Below, piece after piece: positions 22,293-31,144 of a DNA stretch of 64,000 nucleotides. The first letter of the stretch is position 1; each line of letters opens with the position of its first letter. The notes under the pieces were generated by a model that was not told where the DNA came from, did no database searches, and saw only the letters and a list, made by a program, of their open reading frames with translations. This DNA comes from Candidatus Poribacteria bacterium (GTDB taxonomy: Bacteria > Poribacteria > WGA-4E > WGA-3G). The translations under genes were made by a program, and so were the position numbers. The stretch spans positions 1,440,001 through 1,504,000 of the forward strand of contig OZ244048.1 of the NCBI GenBank assembly GCA_965215265.1, written 5' to 3'.

Positions 22293-22407
22293 GTTTCCTA
22301 ACTTGCGAGTTGAGAGGCTTTTGATTTCAAGATTGTACTACATTTTATCAATAATGTCAAGTTAAAAATTGTTTCAATCTCGTTATCGAGAGGCTTTTGA
22401 TTTCAAG
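22293..22407 (-). CRISPR. Isolated divergent mini-array (repeat - 39-nt spacer - divergent repeat)
   Basis: 22371-22407 GTTTCAATCTCGTTATCGAGAGGCTTTTGATTTCAAG has 3 mismatches to the main repeat; 22312-22331 repeats its last 20 nt exactly. Confidence 0.8.
22332..22360 (-). promoter_or_regulatory. Sigma70-like promoter inside the mini-array spacer
   Basis: Minus strand TTGACA-N17-TACAAT. Confidence 0.65.
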
Positions 22408-22586
22408 TTCTGAATAGGAACAGAACGTGTACCGAGATAAGCAAATTGCTTTGCTTGGCATCTAAAAGCTTATCGGCGGCTAACTCTCCTGCGTTCTCAC
22501 GGTTGACATGGTTGTTGTCATAGTGATGTGCCAGTTTTCCATCCATTCCTATATGCACCGCCACAATATGCCCATCTTCTGTCATA

Positions 22587-23210
22587 TCACTCATCTATTT
22601 TACTCCTTAAGTTTTTGTCATCCCACTCCATAGGGGTAAGGCGTTTGAGTAGCCATGCCGCACACCATGCTTTAGAGTTGGTCGGATGATGAACATCTGC
22701 ATTTTCTAAAAGATATGCACGTTCGTCGTCCGTGAGCTGGAGTGCTTCATAGATAGGTAGCCCTGTAATGTTTTCAATCGCTTCTAAATGCATCAGGTTG
22801 ATAGGGTAATAATCATCTACCCTGTTTGCCTTCTTAGAAAGATCTAATCCGTCTCCGCCGTATAGCCCGCGAAGTGTCAGCATTTGCTTCCGCAATGCAG
22901 GGATGGCTTGATGGAGTTTTAGGTAATCGGCTAATTGAATCGCTATCTGGGACCCTTCCGAAATGCGTCGGCAGATGTCGGACGCAATCCAACGCCTGTT
23001 TCTCATCAGCCACTGTAGTTGTTCGGCCGTAAAGGAAATCCCTAACGGGGTGAAATAGTCATCATGCAGTTCATCAAAAAAAACGGCTCCTATATCGTCT
23101 CTAAGCCCAACCGATAGTGGTTCAGGCGTGGGTGGTGCCTGCCCGGAAGGGAGTGCACAAGAAAAAATGAACGGCAGGAACAAGAAGAGGAGATGTCGTT
23201 TTTTTTTCAT
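22587..23210 (-). CDS. Hypothetical lipoprotein located between CRISPR repeats
   Basis: AAAGGAG SD; MKKKR + hydrophobic stretch + FSC lipobox-like; 207 aa; no family recognised. Confidence 0.7.
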   Translation of the reverse strand: MKKKRHLLFLFLPFIFSCALPSGQAPPTPEPLSVGLRDDIGAVFFDELHDDYFTPLGISFTAEQLQWLMRNRRWIASDICRRISEGSQIAIQLADYLKLHQAIPALRKQMLTLRGLYGGDGLDLSKKANRVDDYYPINLMHLEAIENITGLPIYEALQLTDDERAYLLENADVHHPTNSKAWCAAWLLKRLTPMEWDDKNLRSKIDE

Positions 23211-23249
23211 AGGATGCTCCTTTTAATTTTAGCATGCTCGCGTCCCTCA

Positions 23250-26200
23250 ATGCCAATATCGTTATCGAGAGGCTTTTCATTTCAGGCGAGCAGTAAAGAC
23301 ACCATACGGATTAACCGGTGCATCGTTTCAATCTCGTTATCGAGTGGCTTTTCATTTCAGTTCAGCACGTTCCTCTTTACACACACCACATTTACGTTTC
23401 AATCTCGTTATCGAGTGGCTTTTCATTTCAGGTTTTGTGCATTGTATGCATGAATTGACTCTTCGACAGTGTTTCAATCTCGTTATCGAGTGGCTTTTCA
23501 TTTCAGGCTCATGATAATCCTCCTATCATGCCGCGGGCCTTGTCTGCAGTTTCAATCTCGTTATCGAGTGGCTTTTCATTTCAGGTAATTCTAAAGGAGA
23601 ATTATTATGACGTTCTATGTGTTTCAATCTCGTTATCGAGTGGCTTTTCATTTCAGGCTGGACAGCAACCGTGGAAGGTGTCGCCAACACGACACTAGTT
23701 TCAATCTCGTTATCGAGTGGCTTTTCATTTCAGGGCGGTTTTTCATAACCGCCGGCACCTATTATTGACTGTTTCAATCTCGTTATCGAGTGGCTTTTCA
23801 TTTCAGGTGCGGTATTCAAAGTCTTCTGGAGTTAAGATACGTGTGTTTCAATCTCGTTATCGAGTGGCTTTTCATTTCAGGGCTAATAATTTCGTAATCG
23901 GGGGGTTGCGTGGTCGGCTTCGTTTCAATCTCGTTATCGAGTGGCTTTTCATTTCAGGGAAATCCGTCCGGGTGTATATCAAGCATCATATGAGTTTCAA
24001 TCTCGTTATCGAGTGGCTTTTCATTTCAGGTGAAAAAATTGCAGAGATTATGAAAATGAATCGCTTAAGTTTCAATCTCGTTATCGAGTGGCTTTTCATT
24101 TCAGGTTCCATAAATGCTTATGACCCTCTCTTTTCCGAATTAAGATTGTTTCAATCTCGTTATCGAGTGGCTTTTCATTTCAGGGTCAAATTCGCTTTTA
24201 TGCTTAAATAAGTGTGATAAAGTTTCAATCTCGTTATCGAGTGGCTTTTCATTTCAGGAACAGAGTATAAGTCCCTTGGCTGCATCGCCACGATGTTTCA
24301 ATCTCGTTATCGAGTGGCTTTTCATTTCAGGGCAAAAAGGCAGTTGTGCTGCGATTTGCTTGAAGCTGGGTTTCAATCTCGTTATCGAGTGGCTTTTCAT
24401 TTCAGGCTGGTGATTCTCAACGAATTTGATGTCTTCCAATAGGTTTCAATCTCGTTATCGAGTGGCTTTTCATTTCAGGAATTCAAATCTCGCTACATTG
24501 TATCATTGCGTCATGTTTCAATCTCGTTATCGAGTGGCTTTTCATTTCAGGGCCGGACTGTTTTCAAATACATTTTCATTGACAGAGTTTCAATCTCGTT
24601 ATCGAGTGGCTTTTCATTTCAGGTCTATTGGGCGGATGCTGACAATTTTATCATTCATGTTTCAATCTCGTTATCGAGTGGCTTTTCATTTCAGGAGATG
24701 GACATGAACGTGAACATCAACGCACTTTTAGAAAGTTTCAATCTCGTTATCGAGTGGCTTTTCATTTCAGGAACCTTGTTTTGAAAAGAGAAAGGGGGGT
24801 ATGATTTCATGTTTCAATCTCGTTATCGAGTGGCTTTTCATTTCAGGATTGAGAATGAAAGTGTATTTTTCATTAAGTTTAGTGAGTTTCAATCTCGTTA
24901 TCGAGTGGCTTTTCATTTCAGGAGAAAATACGAGATTCAAAATTCACTAACAAAACTGTTTCAATCTCGTTATCGAGTGGCTTTTCATTTCAGGTAAATG
25001 TCTCGAAGATTACCATGTCTGTCAAAAGAGTCAGGTTTCAATCTCGTTATCGAGTGGCTTTTCATTTCAGGTACAAACCTCGCAGACAGACATCTGCTGA
25101 AAGTATTAGGTTTCAATCTCGTTATCGAGTGGCTTTTCATTTCAGGCTATGCGGTTGGACAATCTGTCAGTAGCATGCATACAGAGGGTTTCAATCTCGT
25201 TATCGAGTGGCTTTTCATTTCAGGTTCCAGTTCGGGGGTGCTGACGGCAGACATTGAATTCGGGGCGTTTCAATCTCGTTATCGAGTGGCTTTTCATTTC
25301 AGGTTTTTTTAGCCTCAGTCTCCTCGCCCAAGCCACTCGCAGTTTCAATCTCGTTATCGAGTGGCTTTTCATTTCAGGGTCTGGCACGGGGTGGGTGGAA
25401 AATTCTTCTTATGACAGTTTCAATCTCGTTATCGAGTGGCTTTTCATTTCAGGTGATAAACCAATATGGTAGCCTCGCCCCAATTGCCCCCGTTTCAATC
25501 TCGTTATCGAGTGGCTTTTCATTTCAGGTTTTTCGCGGCAACGGCACGCTCTAGTGTCAGTGTGTTTCAATCTCGTTATCGAGTGGCTTTTCATTTCAGG
25601 ACAAGGGCAAGGTGGGCATACATGCTGGCGGTGAGTTTCAATCTCGTTATCGAGTGGCTTTTCATTTCAGGTGTACGCACAACCAAGACAGAAGAAGACA
25701 ACTACTACAACGTTTCAATCTCGTTATCGAGTGGCTTTTCATTTCAGGGTACGCTCTATGCAGTCTTTTGTGGAGGAGGTTAAACGTTTCAATCTCGTTA
25801 TCGAGTGGCTTTTCATTTCAGGTTCAACCCATAATCAACCAAGCATGCTGCAGCAAGTTGCTGCGTTTCAATCTCGTTATCGAGTGGCTTTTCATTTCAG
25901 GGTAGGTGCGAATTACGTTGAGACAGGTTTGGCTTATCTTGCGTTTCAATCTCGTTATCGAGTGGCTTTTCATTTCAGGATACGTCAGCGTCTCTATTGA
26001 ATGATTGACTGTGTCGTGTTTCAATCTCGTTATCGAGTGGCTTTTCATTTCAGGGGAAATGCGGCGGCGGTTGCATGAAGAGCAACTGGCATATGTTTCA
26101 ATCTCGTTATCGAGTGGCTTTTCATTTCAGGATAAATTTGACTTTTACGACAAAAGGTGGTATAATTATGTTTCAATCTCGTTATCGAGTGGCTTTTCAT

Positions 26201-28072
26201 TTCAGGTCTATTTTACTGCAGGCTTCATCTCTGTTTAATCGTATGTTTCAATCTCGTTATCGAGTGGCTTTTCATTTCAGGCAGGGTTGAAGTGCATCAA
26301 GGACGAATTCGAAACACTTGTTTCAATCTCGTTATCGAGTGGCTTTTCATTTCAGGCACCGATTCATATCCCCCCCAGAATCCACAGACGTAGCGTTTCA
26401 ATCTCGTTATCGAGTGGCTTTTCATTTCAGGAGATTTCAGAAAAGATATTAGATGCCGCCGTCATAGCTGTTTCAATCTCGTTATCGAGTGGCTTTTCAT
26501 TTCAGGTTTGATTTTGAATTAGAGAACAAACCTGAGGACATGGTTTCAATCTCGTTATCGAGTGGCTTTTCATTTCAGGATTTTAGACGGCGCAGTGTCA
26601 GACGCGCTTAGCAGTGTTTCAATCTCGTTATCGAGTGGCTTTTCATTTCAGGCATGATTCATGCACAAATGCTAGAAAACACAGTGAGTTTCAATCTCGT
26701 TATCGAGTGGCTTTTCATTTCAGGCGGCGGCGTTATCCTCATTGGACTTTTACACTCAGTTAGTTTCAATCTCGTTATCGAGTGGCTTTTCATTTCAGGG
26801 CTCAGTTCGGTTTTCATACGCGAAACAGGTATCGGGTTTCAATCTCGTTATCGAGTGGCTTTTCATTTCAGGCAACTTGCATTTTTCTATAAAATGCCTT
26901 CTGTTATAATTAGTTTCAATCTCGTTATCGAGTGGCTTTTCATTTCAGGCCATCTCTACCATCATGGCGGTATATTTTTCGAGATGAGTTTCAATCTCGT
27001 TATCGAGTGGCTTTTCATTTCAGGACAACGTGTCTTTGAAAACACCGTCCGTGCCACTGAATCCAGGTTTCAATCTCGTTATCGAGTGGCTTTTCATTTC
27101 AGGTACCATGTTTTTTGTTTACCTTTTTTCTAATGTATTATGTTTCAATCTCGTTATCGAGTGGCTTTTCATTTCAGGGGCCAGCGGCAGGATTGACATT
27201 GGGGGTTGGTTATTCATGTTTCAATCTCGTTATCGAGTGGCTTTTCATTTCAGGTTGATTTTATGTTGGTGGACAACGTCATTGTTATTGTTTCAATCTC
27301 GTTATCGAGTGGCTTTTCATTTCAGGTCCATGACGTAGGTGGTGCTGCGGGGTGTTCTGTCTTGTTTCAATCTCGTTATCGAGTGGCTTTTCATTTCAGG
27401 TCCCTTGGTGCCGTCCGGTGTTGGGCGGCACCTCGGGTTTCAATCTCGTTATCGAGTGGCTTTTCATTTCAGGTCTGTTAACGTCTGCCAGTCGTACAAA
27501 AACCTTTGACAAGTTTCAATCTCGTTATCGAGTGGCTTTTCATTTCAGGCCATTGCTTAACACCTCCAACATAGTTCTTTCTGTAATGTTTCAATCTCGT
27601 TATCGAGTGGCTTTTCATTTCAGGCTCGAAACGCTTTAGAAAGCGAATTTGACGCTAATTTGTTTCAATCTCGTTATCGAGTGGCTTTTCATTTCAGGTA
27701 TCTACAAGCACACAACCTGGACAAACAAGTGCAACGACGTTTCAATCTCGTTATCGAGTGGCTTTTCATTTCAGTTACAGGCCGCCATTGAGGCAGTTGC
27801 TTACAAGCAAGTTTCAATCTCGTTATCGAGTGGCTTTTCATTTCAGGCAGTGAAAGAATTGAAAACAGTCCGTAGAAGTCTGAAGTTTCAATCTCGTTAT
27901 CGAGTGGCTTTTCATTTCAGGTTCTAAAATTTCGGGAGGTACATGAATATTATCATAACCGTTTCAATCTCGTTATCGAGTGGCTTTTCATTTCAGGTAT
28001 TCAGACGCTTCTCTACCTCAAGCCCCTCAGAAGTCGTTTCAATCTCGTTATCGAGTGGCTTTTCATTTCAGG
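23250..28072 (-). CRISPR. CRISPR array: 64 intact 37-bp repeats (23325-28072) plus a degenerate terminal repeat (23250-23286); spacers 34-42 nt
   Basis: Plus-strand repeat GTTTCAATCTCGTTATCGAGTGGCTTTTCATTTCAGG. The minus strand ends in CTCG-ATAA-CGAG hairpin + ATTGAAAC handle. Leader lies next to cas2 and the degenerate copy is at the far end. Repeats counted by hand. Confidence 0.99.
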
Positions 28073-28298
28073 TCCGCCCGCCGGAGCTCACACTACGTCT
28101 TATTGCAATCGCAACATTTCTGTCAGTGTCTAATTTTGAAGTGATTGCACGCACTACTGTCACACATGGGTGCGTCATAAAGTAGATAGACATAAGACTC
28201 CAGCCACTTTCTGCCAGGGTGCAGGAAATTTTGGTCTCCTTCCGCTGACAGATTTTCTCCTTAGACTCTATTTTACACTATATATGATAATTTGTCAA
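28073..28298 (-). promoter_or_regulatory. CRISPR leader and putative array promoter
   Basis: TTGACA-N17-TAAAAT (28298-28270) overlaps the last cas2 codons; inverted motifs TCTGTCAGTG (28119-28128) and CGCTGACAGA (28243-28252). Confidence 0.75.
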
Positions 28299-28545
28299 GG
28301 CCTTTTTTCACGCCGATCCGTTTTATCTGTTTTTCACAAGTTGTACAGAGATGATAAAACGTGAGGCTATCTTCTGTGGTGTCGATTGTGTTCTGCAGAC
28401 GGTGTTGTAGACGTAGGAAAGCACGGCGATCGGTGTTGCATTCAAAGACACTGTATTGGATGCGGGTGCCGAAATCCTGAAGGATTTTGGCGACGCGAAT
28501 CCGGCGGTTGTTATCGGTAATATCATAGGCGACAGTATAATGCAT
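28273..28545 (-). CDS. cas2: CRISPR-associated endoribonuclease Cas2
   Basis: VAYDITD, RIQYSVFEC; GGAGG SD; 90 aa. Confidence 0.96.
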   Translation of the reverse strand: MHYTVAYDITDNNRRIRVAKILQDFGTRIQYSVFECNTDRRAFLRLQHRLQNTIDTTEDSLTFYHLCTTCEKQIKRIGVKKGLDKLSYIV

Positions 28546-28590
28546 GTGTGTTACCTCCATAGGCATTGCGGATTTAATCATTAGATTGGT

Positions 28591-30222
28591 TCACCGCGTG
28601 GTGAGTGGGGTATAGTCAGATATTTCACCTGTTAGGTATTTCGCTAGCAAGCGGACTTGTAATTCCATAGCGCGCCGAAAAGTGAGTTTATATTTGAATG
28701 CCGGATGGGTAATGGTCTCGTTTTTCCGGGTTTCATAAGCTGCGTAAAAAGTTTTCCGTGCACGTTCTTTGAGATACCAGCCTCCGTGTGCTTGTGTAAA
28801 GTCGTTTGGCGTGATCTGCTTGGTATTTATCAGTGTGATGACAACAGAGTCTGCGATAATCGGACGAAATTCTTCCATGAGGTCTAGCGCGAGACACGGT
28901 TTTCCGTATTTCAATTGGTGAAAGAAACCGATGTAGGGGTCTAGTCCAACGATCTGAATTGCAGACATCACATCTGCTGTTAGTAGCGAGTAGGCGAAGC
29001 TCAACAAAGCGTTGGTAGGATCAGCAGGAGGTCTGCGGCTCCGGTGTTGGAAATCGAACCCGAGTTCGGATTTGAGCATAAAGGGGAAGGATCGGAAGTA
29101 CGCGGCGGTGGCATTGCCTTCAATACCAAGGAGCTGCGTCAGATTTAGAGCATTCGCAACCCGTTTTTGCATGAGCTTGATTGATTTTATGCTTTCCAGC
29201 AAAGGGGCCAGGTCTGTTTCGATTTTGTTTCGCCATTTGCGTCGTTGGAGCATCAGTCGCATGTTTGCCAGCTTACCGTGAATGAAGGCTTTAGCAAGCG
29301 TTAACGCGTGTTCATTTATATTCGCGATTCTGTATTGTGCGGAGCGCAGAAGTGAATTCCGTGAGACTTGTGGTGTCAATGCGCCGTGATAACGCCCGTA
29401 TTTTGAGAGGAAGACCACGGGGATGCCATCGTGCAAAAGTGTCTGCATTGCGGGTGTAGTCAAATTGACGTTTCCGGCGATGACGACTTGTCCGAGATGA
29501 ATGAGTGGGATATCGCGTAGGACCTGGTTCTCTCGTGTGACGAGTATGCGTTGTCCGGTCTTTTTTATGGCGCATCCTTGTTCGTCAACGTAGAGGACGT
29601 TGTCAATGCCGAGTGCGGGTTTTATCCGCTTCGGGCGTTCATCCAATTTCTGTAGATAGGCGACCTCATCTGGCAGGCAAATAGGGCGTATGCTACAGCC
29701 GTTGCATCGGTTATCGTGAATCGGTTTTGGAATCTGCCTGGATTGAAGGAGAGCACGTGCCTGTGTGAGATATTGATGTGTTGTCTGGCGCAGTTCTGCA
29801 TCAAAGGGGACCTTGCGCCGCCGTTTGGAACCGATATAAAAGATGTAGCCGTGCGGGATGGATAGCCCGGTTTTTTCCTCCAAGAGTAGTCCCTGTAAGC
29901 AGAGTTGAACCTGATCGTTGATCCAATTTCCGATTCCTGCTTTTTTGAATTCAATTGGATAAGGGATTCCGTCTTTTTCCTCTACGAGATCTGTGTAACC
30001 GGAGACACCGAGTGCTTCTGAGGCGAGGTAAAGTCGTCGCGAGATGGTTTTATCGCCTTTACGGCGTGCGTGTACCTCTGTGTGGACATTCTCATGCTTA
30101 ATTGTGCCTTCTTCTATGTGGTGGTTGATGACTTGATGTCCTTCAATTGATTCATAATAGAATCGCCGTGGACAAAAAACGTAGGTGTTTATTTGTGAGA
30201 GTGGAATGTAGGTTTCAGACAT
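28591..30222 (-). CDS. cas1: Cas4-Cas1 fusion protein
   Basis: N-terminal Cas4 (FCPRR, SGYTDLVE, IEFK, QLCLQ, RCNGCSIRPIC) fused to Cas1 (GIEGNA, NALLSFAY, GFFH, LALDLMEEFRPIIAD). Confidence 0.95.
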   Translation of the reverse strand: MSETYIPLSQINTYVFCPRRFYYESIEGHQVINHHIEEGTIKHENVHTEVHARRKGDKTISRRLYLASEALGVSGYTDLVEEKDGIPYPIEFKKAGIGNWINDQVQLCLQGLLLEEKTGLSIPHGYIFYIGSKRRRKVPFDAELRQTTHQYLTQARALLQSRQIPKPIHDNRCNGCSIRPICLPDEVAYLQKLDERPKRIKPALGIDNVLYVDEQGCAIKKTGQRILVTRENQVLRDIPLIHLGQVVIAGNVNLTTPAMQTLLHDGIPVVFLSKYGRYHGALTPQVSRNSLLRSAQYRIANINEHALTLAKAFIHGKLANMRLMLQRRKWRNKIETDLAPLLESIKSIKLMQKRVANALNLTQLLGIEGNATAAYFRSFPFMLKSELGFDFQHRSRRPPADPTNALLSFAYSLLTADVMSAIQIVGLDPYIGFFHQLKYGKPCLALDLMEEFRPIIADSVVITLINTKQITPNDFTQAHGGWYLKERARKTFYAAYETRKNETITHPAFKYKLTFRRAMELQVRLLAKYLTGEISDYTPLTTR

Positions 30223-31069
30223 GTTGATCTCCTTGCTTTAAAGGTATGCGTTTTGTTTGTCCCATGCCCATAGTGGTTTTGTAGCCGGTGCCGGAATAAA
30301 GGGCAAAATCAGCCAACCAGTTAGCGGTATAGAGCAGGTCGAGGTTGAGTTTATCGGTGGGTTCAAAGCGGCATGTGCAGGTACCGATCCATCCGATCAC
30401 GGTGTATGAGCCGAAATTATGGGCGCGTGTGCGGGTATGGGCTTCAGAGAGGCGTGCGTGTGCGGCAATGAAGTTTAAGAGTTGCCTTTCATCAATCTGC
30501 ATCGGCGCGAAAGCATTCCATTTTTTGACCCAGCTCCGGTAGCATCGGACTAAGTCGACTTGGGTATGCGTATATGTCTTTTGCCCACGGGGGGTGAGTG
30601 CGCGGAATGAAGTAGGTGAATAGAATTTGATTCGGAATTGAGTTTCAGGGAGTGCGGATTGTACAATTTGGGTGTAGGAGGCGTTTGCACTCCAGGTTTG
30701 TGCTTCAGTAGCGTGTGAGACCCACTGTTTAACCTGAAACGTTGCTTCTCCCAATCGGATGGGTGGCATGGTAAGTGCCAAAAATGCCTGCCCAAATTCT
30801 GCAAAGAGCGCGTCATCTAAGAAGGTGAATCGGAGTTTGCAGTCGGTGCCGGCTCGGAGATGGATTCGGTTGTTGTGCGACTTGCCTTTCGCCTGAAGTG
30901 GTGAGACGGTGAAAGGCTTTTGTGAGGTTTGTGCGTGCAGTGCTGTCGCCAATTCTGGATTCGTCTGCTTCAGAATTGAGAGGAATGCGGCGTGTGCGTG
31001 GTGTCCCATGGTGGGACGGAGTGCGGCACCGGTTTGTGGTATGAGGGAAAGTACTGTGCTGATAGGCAT
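30215..31069 (-). CDS. cas6: crRNA-processing endoribonuclease Cas6
   Basis: KPFTVSP, FYSPTSF, C-terminal G-loop YSGTGYKTTMGMG. Confidence 0.94.
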   Translation of the reverse strand: MPISTVLSLIPQTGAALRPTMGHHAHAAFLSILKQTNPELATALHAQTSQKPFTVSPLQAKGKSHNNRIHLRAGTDCKLRFTFLDDALFAEFGQAFLALTMPPIRLGEATFQVKQWVSHATEAQTWSANASYTQIVQSALPETQFRIKFYSPTSFRALTPRGQKTYTHTQVDLVRCYRSWVKKWNAFAPMQIDERQLLNFIAAHARLSEAHTRTRAHNFGSYTVIGWIGTCTCRFEPTDKLNLDLLYTANWLADFALYSGTGYKTTMGMGQTKRIPLKQGDQHV

Positions 31070-31100
31070 GGGGGCTTCTCCTTATGTTGTTGTTTCGCTT
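31067..31100. repeat. Direct repeat copy 1 (downstream boundary of the second effector cassette)
   Basis: CATGGGGGCTTCTCCTTATGTTGTTGTTTCGCTT; matches 37765-37793 except for two short slippage indels. Confidence 0.85.
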
Positions 31101-31144
31101 TTTGTAAGTGCTTTGCGAGCGCGTATACAAGCGGCTCTCATTAA

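Noticed and set aside
21836-22365. ORFs 21836..22144 and 22165..22365
   Set aside because: No SD or recognisable motifs, low-complexity translation; likely non-coding.
24480-27217. Four spacers begin with ATG on the crRNA strand (possible RNA-derived acquisition)
   Set aside because: 4 of 63 is weak, TCA starts are as frequent, and no reverse transcriptase is present.
24554-27872. 14-nt reverse-complement identity between two spacers (24554-24567 and 27859-27872)
   Set aside because: The flanks do not match; plausible by chance among ~2.4 kb of AT-rich spacers.
23193-28185. Many ORFs (FQSRYRVAFHFR, VSISLSSGFSFQ, MKSHSITRLK repeats) in the ORF track
   Set aside because: They are translations of the CRISPR repeat, not genes.
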